NCBI GenBank assembly: GCA_050290185.1
Contig: JBNKHE010000003.1
Span: 1 to 64,000, forward strand
Source: Pontiella sp.
GTDB lineage: Bacteria > Verrucomicrobiota > Kiritimatiellia > Kiritimatiellales > Pontiellaceae
Direction: 5' to 3'
DNA: 64,000 nucleotides
The translations under genes and the position numbers were made by a program. Below, piece after piece: positions 36,478-46,575 of the stretch. Each line of letters begins with the position of its first letter. The stretch's first letter is position 1. The notes under the pieces were generated by a model that made no database searches, was not told the origin of the DNA, and was given only the letters and a program-made list of their open reading frames with translations.

Positions 36478-38515
36478 CATGAAGCGCGCGGTTCGAGTGT
36501 TTTGTTCCTGGGTAGCCGTGTCGGCCGCCGTTGCCAATGCCACATCCTACTATGTGTCGACATCCGGATCCGATGCCAATGACGGGACCATCGACCGGCC
36601 ATTCGCGACGCTTCAGTACGCAAACGAGACCGTGGTGCCTGGCGATGCAGTCTATATCCGCGGCGGCACCTATCAGATTGCCGAAAAGCAGATCGGCCGG
36701 ATCGAAGGCGTTTTCGCTCGGGTGATCTGTCTCGACACAAGTGGAGAACCCGGCAGGCCCATCAACTACTTCGCCTATCAAGACGAACGCCCGGTATTCG
36801 ATTTTTCGGACGTAAAGCCCGACGGCTATCGCGTGTATGCCATTTCGGTTCCAGCGTCATGGATCCATCTCAAGGGGATCGATGTGGTGGGCGTGCAGGT
36901 GACGATCAAGGAGCACACGCAATCCATCTGCGTGGAGAATAACGGCAGTCACAATATCTTCGAGCAACTGCGCATGCACGACAGCCAGGCCATCGGTTTC
37001 TACAGCACGAAAGGGTCGGACAATCTCATCCTCAACTGCGATGCCTACAACAACTGGGACTACACCTCGGAAAACGGCCGCGGCGGGGACAGCGACGGAT
37101 TTGGCTACCATCCCGACAAAGGCGCCACGGGCAATGTGTTCCGGGGATGCCGGGCCTGGTTCAACAGCGACGACGGCCTTGATCTGATTCATTCCATGGA
37201 GCCCGTCGTGATCGAAAACTGCTGGGCGTTCGACAATGGCTATTCGACATCGTTTGAACGGCTCGGGGATGGCAACGGGTTCAAGGGCGGAGGATATGGA
37301 AGTACCCCGGTGGATCGGCTCCCTGATCCGGTTCCCCGCCACACGATTCGCAACTGCCTCGCCGTGAATAACCGCGCCAGCGGCTTCTACGCCAACCATC
37401 ATATCGGCGGCAACGACTGGATCGGAAACACCGCCTATGGAAACTCCAGGAATTTCAACATGCTTGGCCGCCCGTCGGACAATGGTGCCGACGTGCCGGG
37501 CTATGGACACAAGCTGCACAACAACCTGGCCTATGGACGTGGCCCGGCGATTTGCAACAGCGATAGCGAGCAATGCGACCTTGCCGGCAACATATTCGGC
37601 GATGGCCCGAACCTGACCGATGCGGATTTTCAAAGTCTGGATGAACAACAGCTTTTCCGACCGCGCCAGCCGAACGGCGATTTGCCTGTTATCACATTCA
37701 TGAAGCCGGTCAATGGCAGTGCTGCGGAGGGCCATGGCTACCGGCAGGAATTACCGCATCCGGCACAAGGGGAGAACGACATGCAGCAATTCCAACAAAT
37801 CAGTGAAGCCAGATGGCAAGAGGTCTTCAATGATCCCTGTACGGGCGACTGGACGGAACGCTGGATGTTGGACGGGCTCAAGGCTTCGGTCAAAAACGGG
37901 CCCACTGGAATGGAGCTTTCCGCCGGACTGGTGCAGGGCGACGACTCCTGCCATGCCGTGCTGTGGACGAAGCAACGCTTCGAGGGCGACATCCGCATCG
38001 ACTATGAATTCACCAAGCTCGACGACTCGATCCATAATGTGATTATTCTCTATGTGCTGGCCACTGGTAGCGGAGCTGAGGGATTCGACTCCGACATTAT
38101 GAAGTGGAACAATCTGCGTGAAATTCCGTCGATGCGCACCTATTTCAACCACATGAACACCTACCACATCAGCTACTCCGCGTTTGATCAGGACAACGCC
38201 GATCCCCAAGGCGACTATATCCGTGCCCGCCGCTACCTGCCCGAAACGGGGCAGGGGCTGGAAGGGACGGCACTCATTCCCGACTATTCACGGACCGGAC
38301 TGTTTGAAACGGGGGTGCCGTATCGGATCACGGTTATCAAGAAGGACGATGATCTCTTCATGCATATCCGCGGCAACGGAAAGGAAAAACTGTGCCACTG
38401 GAAAACCGATGACTTCCCGCCGATCACCGAAGGGCGCGTTGGCCTGCGGCACATGTATACCCGCAGCGCCCGCTACCGGGATTTTCGTATCTCTAGGCAT
38501 AACCAGTCTTTGTAG
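36467..38515 (+). CDS. PL9-like lyase fused to a YesU/DUF1961-like domain
   Basis: YYVSTSGSDANDGTIDRPF, YIRGGTY, FRGCRAWFNSDDGLDL, GDGNGFKGGG; C-part HAVLWTKQRFEGDIRIDYEF...YHISY...GRVGLRHM. Confidence 0.85.
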   Translation: MTVSMKRAVRVFCSWVAVSAAVANATSYYVSTSGSDANDGTIDRPFATLQYANETVVPGDAVYIRGGTYQIAEKQIGRIEGVFARVICLDTSGEPGRPINYFAYQDERPVFDFSDVKPDGYRVYAISVPASWIHLKGIDVVGVQVTIKEHTQSICVENNGSHNIFEQLRMHDSQAIGFYSTKGSDNLILNCDAYNNWDYTSENGRGGDSDGFGYHPDKGATGNVFRGCRAWFNSDDGLDLIHSMEPVVIENCWAFDNGYSTSFERLGDGNGFKGGGYGSTPVDRLPDPVPRHTIRNCLAVNNRASGFYANHHIGGNDWIGNTAYGNSRNFNMLGRPSDNGADVPGYGHKLHNNLAYGRGPAICNSDSEQCDLAGNIFGDGPNLTDADFQSLDEQQLFRPRQPNGDLPVITFMKPVNGSAAEGHGYRQELPHPAQGENDMQQFQQISEARWQEVFNDPCTGDWTERWMLDGLKASVKNGPTGMELSAGLVQGDDSCHAVLWTKQRFEGDIRIDYEFTKLDDSIHNVIILYVLATGSGAEGFDSDIMKWNNLREIPSMRTYFNHMNTYHISYSAFDQDNADPQGDYIRARRYLPETGQGLEGTALIPDYSRTGLFETGVPYRITVIKKDDDLFMHIRGNGKEKLCHWKTDDFPPITEGRVGLRHMYTRSARYRDFRISRHNQSL

Positions 38516-38624
38516 GTTTAATGATTCTTCCATCTGGGAAGAATTTACTGGCAACATATGAAGCAAAGTTTTACATGTGGGACTGTTGGTTTTATAGCGC
38601 AATGATGCTATCACATGACGCTGT

Positions 38625-38826
38625 TCCCAAGAGTGGACCGATCATTAAAGAGGACTACTTTGTCTACCACTGCGGCATGGTGCAGTTCGACCAGCCTGCC
38701 GGAGAGGAGAAGAATGGGGGCGGTAGCTTTCTGCGTTCCGTCTGCATCGACTATCTATACTACAACGAAGAGGGAACGATAAAGCGCGTCGTGCAGATGT
38801 CCGAAGAAGTCGTTCCGGCGAAATAA
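38625..38826 (+). pseudogene. GH43 (xylosidase-type) C-terminal remnant
   Basis: YFVYH...GGGSFLRSVCIDYLYYNEEGTIKRVVQ is a GH43 last-blade motif; the upstream catalytic blades are absent. Confidence 0.7.
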
Positions 38827-38943
38827 CAAGCCATTGTTCTGAAATGGATTACAAAAAAGCATGTCTAATAGAAAAATCGGTGTATGTAGACTGAAGTTTG
38901 CAGGAATAAATGATTTCAATTGATCCGCCGGCAGGGAGAAGCA

Positions 38944-41900
38944 ATGAAAATGAGTTGGACCATGAACACAATAAGATGGGGTTTCGCGATCTCGCTGATT
39001 ACGGCTGTCTGGGGAATTCCATCGGCAACTATAGCCTCCACCTCGGCGACGGTGGAGATTCAGGTCAATCAGCCGGGGACGGTCATCAGTTCCAATCTGT
39101 TCGGGATTTTCTTCGAGGAGATCAATTTTGCCGGCGATGGCGGGATCTACGCCGAAATGGTCCGCAACCGATCGCTTCAGCAGTCATCGACCCCGGACGG
39201 ATGGACGGTGGTCACGGATGGTTCGGCCAACGGGTCCATTTCCGTGGATTATGCGGAGTCGTTGAATACGAACATCATCAGTTCCCTGCAACTGACGCAC
39301 ACGGGCGGCACCGGTAGCGTGGGAGCGGGCAATAGTGGATATTTCGGGGGCATGTCGATCGAGTCTGGCAGCAGCTACAATCTGAGTCTTTACGCCAAGG
39401 ATAATGGCAGTTTTTCCGGCTCGATCAGCGCCCGGTTGGAGAATTCCAACGGCAGTACGGTATATGATCAGGTGACGATGGGGAGTCCTTCTTCCGGATG
39501 GCAGAAGCTTACCAACACGCTGACGTCCAGCGTGACGGACACCAATGCCCGTCTGGTGGTGAGTATTGAACAGTCTGGCACGGTCTGGCTGTCGATGGTT
39601 TCTTTGTTTCCCGAAACCTTTGCGGGTCGTGCTAACGGGCTTCGCCTGGATCTGGCCAACAAGCTGAATGCGATGGAGCCCTCTTTCCTCCGGTTTCCCG
39701 GCGGTAACTTCATCGAGAGTCCGGACGTCGACCATGCGGTGCGCTGGAAGAAAAGCATTGGTCCAATCGAGGAGCGCCCCGGCCACCTGAACAATTCCTG
39801 GAACTGGAACAACGGGGGCCTGGATTACTGGTCGACCGATGGTCTGGGGGCGGACGAATTCTTCCGCTGGTGCGAAGACATGAACATGGAACCGCTCTAT
39901 GACATCAATGCCGGCTTGATGCTTGGATACAACGGCGATCCCAACAACACCGTGCCGCTTTCAGAAATGGGGCCGTGGGTGCAGGATGCGCTGGATCTGA
40001 TTGAATACGCCAACGGCGATACCAACACGACCTGGGGGGCGGTGCGCGCCGCCAACGGCCATCCCGAGCCGTTTAATATGAAGTACCTCGAGATCGGCAA
40101 CGAAAACGGTGGAACCTATCTCGATGAGCGCTATACGCTGTTCTACGATGCCATCAAACCCGTGTATCCCGATATCCACCTCATCACGCCCGGCAACTGG
40201 GCCGGTGGCCGGCCCTGGAGTCGTCCGGTGGAAATCATGGACGAACACTATTATGCCAATCCATCCACCTTCATTTCCTATGCGGATAAATACGACAACT
40301 ACGACCGCAACGGGCCGAAGGTCTTCGTGGGCGAATATGCCGTCACGTCCGGCTATGGAACCTACGGCAATCTGGCCGCCGCATTGGGAGAAGCCGCATT
40401 CATGACCGGTATCGAACGTAATTCCGATATTGTCGAGCTGGCTGCTTATGCCCCGCTGTTTGCCCATGTGGATGGCATCCAGTGGCATCCTGATTTGATC
40501 TACTACGACAATTCAAGCTGCTTTGGCACGCCGGCCTATTATGTGCAAAAGATGTTCTCGCGCAACCGCGGCGACTATGTGCTGCCCACGACCGTTGATG
40601 TGGTATCGACGGCAACCAATCCGCCTCCGCACGGATCTATCGGATTGGGATCGTGGAATACGGCGGTTGAGTACGACTTTGTCGGAGTGACCAGCAACGG
40701 AGTGACGCTCTATACCAATGATTTTTCCAGCTCGGCAACCGGATGGAACGTTTTTAACGGTACGTGGGGGTTGAGTGGCGGCACCTACCAGCAGACCTCC
40801 GACACGACCACTGATTGCCGCTCCACCACGGGCGATACCGCATGGGCCGATTACACCCTTTCTCTTCGCGCCCGCAAGCTCAGCGGCAGTGAAGGTTTCC
40901 TGATCCTGTTCAACTGGCAGGACGACAACAACTGGACCTGGCTGAACCTCGGCGGTTGGAACAATACGCAGCATGGTGTGGAGCAGAGCATTAACGGCGC
41001 TAAAATGGAACTTAGTCCGCGCACATCGGGGAGTATCAACACGGGGCAGTGGTACGATATCGATATCGTCATTAATGGATATCACGTCCAGTGCTTTCTT
41101 GACGGCAGTCTGGTTCAGGACTTCACCTATTCCAGCTCGTCTTCGGCCGGACTGCATGCGACAACCTCTTTCAACGAGGCGGCTGGTCAGATTGTGATCA
41201 AGGCGGTCAATCCATATGACACGGCAATTGATACAACCTTCAGCCTTTCCGGCGTCGGCGCCGTCTCCCCCGATGCAACCGTCATTCAATTGACTTCGGG
41301 CAGTCCGGCGGATGAAAACTCACTGGCATCACCGACCTATGTTTCGCCGGTCACCAACACGATTGCCAACGCCGACACCAACTTTACCATAACCCTGCCG
41401 GCCAATTCCTTCTCCATCCTTCGGTTGGATGCGAGCGCGATCGACAACTATACGGATTTGATGCTGGATATTCCTTCACCACTGATCAGCGGACAGCAGG
41501 TGGCCGGCACCCTCTGGGGGTTGCAGTCCAGCGGGTGGGTCAATTTGACCACAAACTCCGGCTATGCGATCACCTACGAGTCGCAAAATACGGGTATCGC
41601 AACCGTGGATCATAACGGAAACGTGACCGGTGTGGCGTCGGGCACGACCGGCATCATTGCTTCCTACGGTGCACTCGGCTTATCCGTTACCCAGTCGGTT
41701 CAGGTGGTCGCCGCCCCGGTCATTCTGACCCATCGATATAGTTTCGACGAAACGGGCGGAAGCACGGTTCACGATGTGGTAGGCGGTGCGTCATGGGATG
41801 GAACACTGCCCAATGGCGGTGGTTTCGGCGGCGGAGAGGTCGCCTTGTCCGCCGCGACGTCGGACTATGTCGAGTTGCCTCCTTATATCCTGGGTAGCTC

Positions 41901-42582
41901 CGACGCCGTCACCATCGAGGCCTGGGCGACCTTCCCCGCCCAGCTCCCGAACGCCTGCTTCCTGTTCGGTTTTGGAGATATCAGTGGTTCGTCGGGCTAT
42001 GACTATATATTCTGCCAGCCGCAGAATGGGCGGATCTCCATCACGGATGATAGCTATGGCAGCGAGGAAACCGCATACGGCTACACCGACTTCAGTTTCA
42101 GAACCAACCTGCATATTACCGCGGTATTCAATCCCCCTGGCGGCTATCTGGCCCTCTACATTGACGGCGAACAGGTCGGTATCAACAATGCCGTCACCAT
42201 CCCGATGAGTTCGGTGACCAATGCGTTCAGCTACATCGGACGCTCGCTGTTTTCTGGCGACTCGTATTTTGATTTCAGCCTGGACGAGTTCCGGATCTAC
42301 AGCGGCGCTTTGAGCGCCAGCGAAATCGCGGCGACCCAAGCGCTGGGACCCGATCAACTGTTGAGTACGAACAGTCCTGTTCTCAACGTTTCCGCATCCT
42401 CGAGCAATACCGTCATAAACTGGCCGGTGGGTTCGGCGGGCTATGCCGTGCAGTCACGGATCAATCTGGTTGACGGGCAATGGGTGGACGATCCCGATGC
42501 CGCACCTGCTGTGGTCGGGGATCAATGGGAAGCGACGCTTCCTGTCGTTGAAAGCAACAAGTTCTTTCGATTGCGGCGTTAA
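38944..42582 (+). CDS. GH51 alpha-L-arabinofuranosidase + Ig-like + LamG + C-terminal domain
   Basis: FGIFFEEINFAGDGGIYAEMVRNRS, FLRFPGGNFIE, LEIGNEN, DEHYY, VFVGEYA, ERNSDIV...YAPLF. Confidence 0.93.
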   Translation: MKMSWTMNTIRWGFAISLITAVWGIPSATIASTSATVEIQVNQPGTVISSNLFGIFFEEINFAGDGGIYAEMVRNRSLQQSSTPDGWTVVTDGSANGSISVDYAESLNTNIISSLQLTHTGGTGSVGAGNSGYFGGMSIESGSSYNLSLYAKDNGSFSGSISARLENSNGSTVYDQVTMGSPSSGWQKLTNTLTSSVTDTNARLVVSIEQSGTVWLSMVSLFPETFAGRANGLRLDLANKLNAMEPSFLRFPGGNFIESPDVDHAVRWKKSIGPIEERPGHLNNSWNWNNGGLDYWSTDGLGADEFFRWCEDMNMEPLYDINAGLMLGYNGDPNNTVPLSEMGPWVQDALDLIEYANGDTNTTWGAVRAANGHPEPFNMKYLEIGNENGGTYLDERYTLFYDAIKPVYPDIHLITPGNWAGGRPWSRPVEIMDEHYYANPSTFISYADKYDNYDRNGPKVFVGEYAVTSGYGTYGNLAAALGEAAFMTGIERNSDIVELAAYAPLFAHVDGIQWHPDLIYYDNSSCFGTPAYYVQKMFSRNRGDYVLPTTVDVVSTATNPPPHGSIGLGSWNTAVEYDFVGVTSNGVTLYTNDFSSSATGWNVFNGTWGLSGGTYQQTSDTTTDCRSTTGDTAWADYTLSLRARKLSGSEGFLILFNWQDDNNWTWLNLGGWNNTQHGVEQSINGAKMELSPRTSGSINTGQWYDIDIVINGYHVQCFLDGSLVQDFTYSSSSSAGLHATTSFNEAAGQIVIKAVNPYDTAIDTTFSLSGVGAVSPDATVIQLTSGSPADENSLASPTYVSPVTNTIANADTNFTITLPANSFSILRLDASAIDNYTDLMLDIPSPLISGQQVAGTLWGLQSSGWVNLTTNSGYAITYESQNTGIATVDHNGNVTGVASGTTGIIASYGALGLSVTQSVQVVAAPVILTHRYSFDETGGSTVHDVVGGASWDGTLPNGGGFGGGEVALSAATSDYVELPPYILGSSDAVTIEAWATFPAQLPNACFLFGFGDISGSSGYDYIFCQPQNGRISITDDSYGSEETAYGYTDFSFRTNLHITAVFNPPGGYLALYIDGEQVGINNAVTIPMSSVTNAFSYIGRSLFSGDSYFDFSLDEFRIYSGALSASEIAATQALGPDQLLSTNSPVLNVSASSSNTVINWPVGSAGYAVQSRINLVDGQWVDDPDAAPAVVGDQWEATLPVVESNKFFRLRR

Positions 42583-42931
42583 TCGTCTCGAATGATCCAA
42601 AGCGGCTGCATAGTAGAGATATGAACTGCGCAATTAGACGCAAGCGCGCCTTCTTGGCCCCAATGCGCAAAACTGATTCCCAAGGCCGGTTTCGTGTGTT
42701 TCATGGTTAAACACCGGGTGTCGTAGCGGTTTAAGCACAGGTTCCTAAAAACGCCGCGAAGCAGGGTTTCCGGAAGAAAATAGCCGGAAGCACGGTTTGA
42801 AAGGTGAGGACTGCCGGGAACTCAGTAGGTTCATTTCCCGTGTCGTTTGTATACGGGCCTCATTGCTTTCCCGTTGCCGCCGGCAAACCTTTTTGGTTTA
42901 GTCCTGCGGTTTTTTGGGATACCGTCTTTCG

Positions 42932-44248
42932 ATGCTTTGGTTTTTATACAATCTCCTGTTCCCGGTAGTGTTCATCTGCATGCTTCCTAAATTTATTTCC
43001 CGCATGCTCCGGCGCGGGGGATACGGACAGCATTTCGAACAGCGGATCGGGCATTTTGGCAGTAATACCAAGGCCCGTTTGCGCGAGCAACGCCGCGTTT
43101 GGGTACATGCTGTAAGTGTTGGCGAAATCTATGTGGCCTTACGTTTCATCAAAGCCTACCGAGCCGCATATCCCGACACGCTTTTCGCGTTGAGCACCAC
43201 GACTTCAACGGGGCATGCCATTGCGCTCAGGGAGATTGATTCTCGGGACGTGGTTTTCTATTTTCCCGTGGACCTCCCGATAATTATCCGAAAAGTGCTG
43301 CGGATCGTAAATCCGTTGAGAATTGTGCTGGTGGAAGGGGAGTTCTGGCCCAACCTGATCCGGCTGGCCGATGAGCAAGGGATTCCGATATCATTGATCA
43401 ACGGGCGCATGTCCGAGTCCTCGTATAAAGGCTATCGCAAACTCAAGCCGCTTACAGCTGATGTGCTTCGGCGAATCAATCCGATCTGTGTGCAGGGAAG
43501 GATCGATGCCGGGCGTCTGATCGGTATTGGCGCGCCGGAGGAAAACATCCACGAGATGGGTACAGTAAAATTCGATGTCGCGGAGCGTGATCCCGCCGGT
43601 GAAAAAACGGCGCGGGAGATCATGCGAAAAATACATGTTCCGAAGGATGCCGCTGTGTTGCTTGGCGGGTCTACCTGGCCGGGCGAAGAGTCGGAACTTT
43701 GCTCTATCTACCGTCAGCTTCGCGAGAGCAACCCCGATCTGTTTCTGGTCATGGTGCCGCGCCACGTCGAGCGTGCAGATGAGGTGGTGAGGGTTTTCGA
43801 GGAACAGGGATTGTCCTATGTGCGGCGAAGCCGGATCGATGCATTTGAGGAGGCCAGCCGTCCGGATGTATTGTTCATTGATACCACGGGGGAGCTGCGT
43901 AACTTTTACTCCGTTTCCGACATCATTTTTATTGGGAAAAGCCTGACGCAGCATGGCGGGCAGAATCCGATCGAGCCGGCCATGTATGGCAAGGCCATCG
44001 TCATGGGCCCCAACATGGAAAACTTTCCGGCGGTTATGGAGGCGTTCCTGCAAAAGCAGGCGGTTAAGCAGGTCGATTCGGCCTCCGCACTTGCTGCGGC
44101 CATTGCGCGATTGCTGGCCTCGCCGGCGGAACGGAAGGATCTCGGATTGCGCGCGGGGCAGGTCGTCGACGAAAACCGCGGAGTCATTGACCGGACCGTG
44201 GAACTATTGGGGGGAAATAGGGTTGTGCGCAACCCGGCCCTCGGCTAA
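42932..44248 (+). CDS. waaA: 3-deoxy-D-manno-octulosonic acid (Kdo) transferase
   Basis: VWVHAVSVGE, STTTSTG, EFWPN, INGRMS, VPRHVER, DTTGEL, GGQNPIEPA, GPNMENF. Confidence 0.95.
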   Translation: MLWFLYNLLFPVVFICMLPKFISRMLRRGGYGQHFEQRIGHFGSNTKARLREQRRVWVHAVSVGEIYVALRFIKAYRAAYPDTLFALSTTTSTGHAIALREIDSRDVVFYFPVDLPIIIRKVLRIVNPLRIVLVEGEFWPNLIRLADEQGIPISLINGRMSESSYKGYRKLKPLTADVLRRINPICVQGRIDAGRLIGIGAPEENIHEMGTVKFDVAERDPAGEKTAREIMRKIHVPKDAAVLLGGSTWPGEESELCSIYRQLRESNPDLFLVMVPRHVERADEVVRVFEEQGLSYVRRSRIDAFEEASRPDVLFIDTTGELRNFYSVSDIIFIGKSLTQHGGQNPIEPAMYGKAIVMGPNMENFPAVMEAFLQKQAVKQVDSASALAAAIARLLASPAERKDLGLRAGQVVDENRGVIDRTVELLGGNRVVRNPALG

Positions 44249-44273
44249 CTTATGGCATCTTTAGCAGAACGGA

Positions 44274-44633
44274 ATGCATATGTCTGACATTTACAAGCAG
44301 CGGGAGCCCATGCCTTACGGCAATCGCAGTCCCAAGCGCTCAGGCCGCCGCCGGCGCTCATCCGGGCCAAAACAACCTTTCGATGACCATTCACGCAAAC
44401 GCCGGAGCACGAATTCGGGCTTGCGACGCTTGCTTCATCTTTACCGGAAAAAGGAAAACGAAAAGGTTTTTTGGTGGAGTGTGCTGGGAACCGTCGTGGT
44501 GGTGGTTGGATTGCTGGCGATATGGCAGTTCGGGATCCGCGAATACCAGATTCGCAAGCAGAACAATCGGGACGACTATATCCAGCACCAGCAACCGATC
44601 GCAGGCGAGGGTCAATCCTCAGCGGCGGAATAG
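44274..44633 (+). CDS. Small membrane protein, basic N-terminus
   Basis: 119 aa ORF following waaA, with one TM helix. Confidence 0.65.
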   Translation: MHMSDIYKQREPMPYGNRSPKRSGRRRRSSGPKQPFDDHSRKRRSTNSGLRRLLHLYRKKENEKVFWWSVLGTVVVVVGLLAIWQFGIREYQIRKQNNRDDYIQHQQPIAGEGQSSAAE

Positions 44634-45407
44634 CTTGCGGAGTTTTTCCATCACCGTCCCGCTTTGGCCGCCGGTGGCATAGGGAGGCGGGCTCACTTCG
44701 ACGTTGATATTGCTATCACTGAACCCGCTGAAGGGTTGAGCCTGATGTTCCAGTAAAACCTGCCGATATTCAACCTGTCCTGCGCGATAGATGTAGAATC
44801 CGATGAAGGCCAGGATATAGTTATGTTCAAAGGGGCCGATCAGGCCCAAAATTCGGGTGCGCAGTCCGAAAATCCCGATCACTACAAACAGGATGCAGAA
44901 ATACTTTCCGACGGTTGCCGCGATGCGCGTCGCATTGACCCGCCCTTTTTTAATGGTTAAAGCGGCTCGAAGCACACGGCCTCCGTCCATGGGAAATACG
45001 GGAAGTATGTTGAACAGGAAAAGCATCATGTTGAGGTACCCAAGAAAGTAGAGCAGTTCGATCTGGCGAAATACCAGCGCCAGAAGCAGGCTGACGGCGG
45101 GGCCGGCCAGGGCCACCATGATTTCATCCCATGGACGCTTCGGGATGTTGGAAATCTTGGCCGCGCCGCCGAACGGGTAGAGCACGATCTCATGGATATA
45201 GCCCCCTTTTGCCCGGGCAACGACGGAGTGACCCAACTCATGCAATGCCACGCTACCGAAAACCCCTAGCGCGAGAATAAGCGCGATCAGCAGGTTGCTG
45301 CCCGGTAGCAGTGCAATAAAACCTATCGCGATCAGGAGCGAAAGATGCAGTCGGATCGGTATACCGAGCACCGAGCCGATTAATAATGCGTTTTTTTCAA
45401 ATTTCAT
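44619..45407 (-). CDS. Site-2 protease (peptidase M50)
   Basis: GIPIRLH, LHELGHS, LYPFGG, ALAGPAVS, FNILPVFPMDGGRVL. Confidence 0.93.
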   Translation of the reverse strand: MKFEKNALLIGSVLGIPIRLHLSLLIAIGFIALLPGSNLLIALILALGVFGSVALHELGHSVVARAKGGYIHEIVLYPFGGAAKISNIPKRPWDEIMVALAGPAVSLLLALVFRQIELLYFLGYLNMMLFLFNILPVFPMDGGRVLRAALTIKKGRVNATRIAATVGKYFCILFVVIGIFGLRTRILGLIGPFEHNYILAFIGFYIYRAGQVEYRQVLLEHQAQPFSGFSDSNINVEVSPPPYATGGQSGTVMEKLRKLFRR

Positions 45408-45497
45408 CGTAAATACTTTCTTCTGTGAAATTGAAGACACGTTCACTGCGGATGCATTCAAAAACAAGTGGAAATGGTCGTTTTTGTTCTATCTGCG

Positions 45498-45542
45498 TTG
45501 ACAGCAAAGGGTAAATGTCCTTTTATCCGGAAATTCGGATAT
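45498..45542 (+). promoter_or_regulatory. sigma70 promoter with overlapping SahR-type operator
   Basis: TTGACA-17-TTTTAT; palindrome TTATCCGGAAATTCGGATAT at 45523-45542. Confidence 0.65.
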
Positions 45543-45549
45543 ATGAATA

Positions 45550-46473
45550 ATGAGTGGGATTCTAGATATTTTCAAGGCGTTGGCGGATGAGGGTCGTCTC
45601 CGTATATTGCGCGCGGTCGACCAAATCGAGCTTTCCGTTGCCGAGTTGGTTCAAGCGCTGGAGATGCCGCAATCGACGGTGAGCCGTCATCTAAAACCGA
45701 TGCGGGAGGCGGGTTTGGTTGCATCGCGCCGCGATGGCACCTCGGTCTACTATAACCGCGGTCCGTTGTTTGATGATGCGGCCTTTGCGCAGATTCTGAC
45801 GGAGCGTTTGCAGGAGTTGTCGGTAGCTCATCGTGACGCGGCATCTGTGGAACGCGTGGTGGAACTTCGGCGAAAAAAGAGCCGTGAATTTTTCGACGAA
45901 ATCGCGGGACGCTACGGCACGCTTACGGAGCCGGGCGGCGGTTGGCAGGCGCTGGCCGCGGGGCTTGCGGCGGGGTTTGCCGGAAAGACCGTGGCTGATT
46001 TGGGGTGTGGCGAAGGGGTGTTAACCCTGCTGCTGGCACGCTTCGCCGATAAAGTGGTGGCGTTCGACCAGTCGGAAAAGATGCTGGCTCTGGTTGCGGA
46101 AAAGGCCCATGAACAAAAGGTGGGCGAGAGTCTCGACCTGCGGGTCGGCAATCTGGAGGATCTGGATCTGTCCGGCGAAGCATTCGATGCGTTGTTCCTG
46201 AGCCAGGCCTTGCACCATACATCCAATCCCGAGAAAGTGATCCGGTCTGCGGCACAGGGACTCAAGGCGGGGGGGCAGATGGTTATCCTCGATCTGGTTC
46301 GTCACGAACATGAATGGGCGCGGGAAGAGTGGGCGGACCAATGGCTCGGATTCGACCCGCTGGAAACCCGCGAATGGCTGGCCGGAGCCGGGTTGAAAAC
46401 GCTCATGCTCGATGCGCTTCCGGGGGCCACGCCTGACCTTGCGGTATTATTCGTTGTGGGCGTGAAGCAATAG
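45550..46473 (+). CDS. sahR: ArsR HTH + SAM-methyltransferase-fold regulator (SahR-like)
   Basis: FKALADEGRLRIL...QSTVSRHLK; VADLGCGEG; directly upstream of ahcY. Confidence 0.85.
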   Translation: MSGILDIFKALADEGRLRILRAVDQIELSVAELVQALEMPQSTVSRHLKPMREAGLVASRRDGTSVYYNRGPLFDDAAFAQILTERLQELSVAHRDAASVERVVELRRKKSREFFDEIAGRYGTLTEPGGGWQALAAGLAAGFAGKTVADLGCGEGVLTLLLARFADKVVAFDQSEKMLALVAEKAHEQKVGESLDLRVGNLEDLDLSGEAFDALFLSQALHHTSNPEKVIRSAAQGLKAGGQMVILDLVRHEHEWAREEWADQWLGFDPLETREWLAGAGLKTLMLDALPGATPDLAVLFVVGVKQ

Positions 46474-46476
46474 GCA

Positions 46477-46552
46477 TTTAAACAGAAGGACGCAAGGGCC
46501 GCAGAGCTCGCGAATTTATTCTTCGCGATCTTTGCGCTCTGGGTGTTGAAAA
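46477..46552. repeat. Hairpin built from 9-nt periodic repeats
   Basis: CGCAAGGGC-CGCAGAGCT-CGCGAA ... TTCGCGAT-CTTTGCGCT-CT. Confidence 0.6.
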
Positions 46553-46575
46553 CTTAACTAAGCAGGAGAGAAGCA

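Noticed and set aside
42700..42790. tRNA-like stretch (GGGTGTCGTAGCGGTTTAAGC)
   Set aside because: No T-loop GTTCRA and no acceptor stem could be formed
46474..46575. SAH or SAM riboswitch upstream of ahcY
   Set aside because: Conserved riboswitch motifs are not seen; the region is a simple periodic hairpin, and a protein regulator with an operator is present
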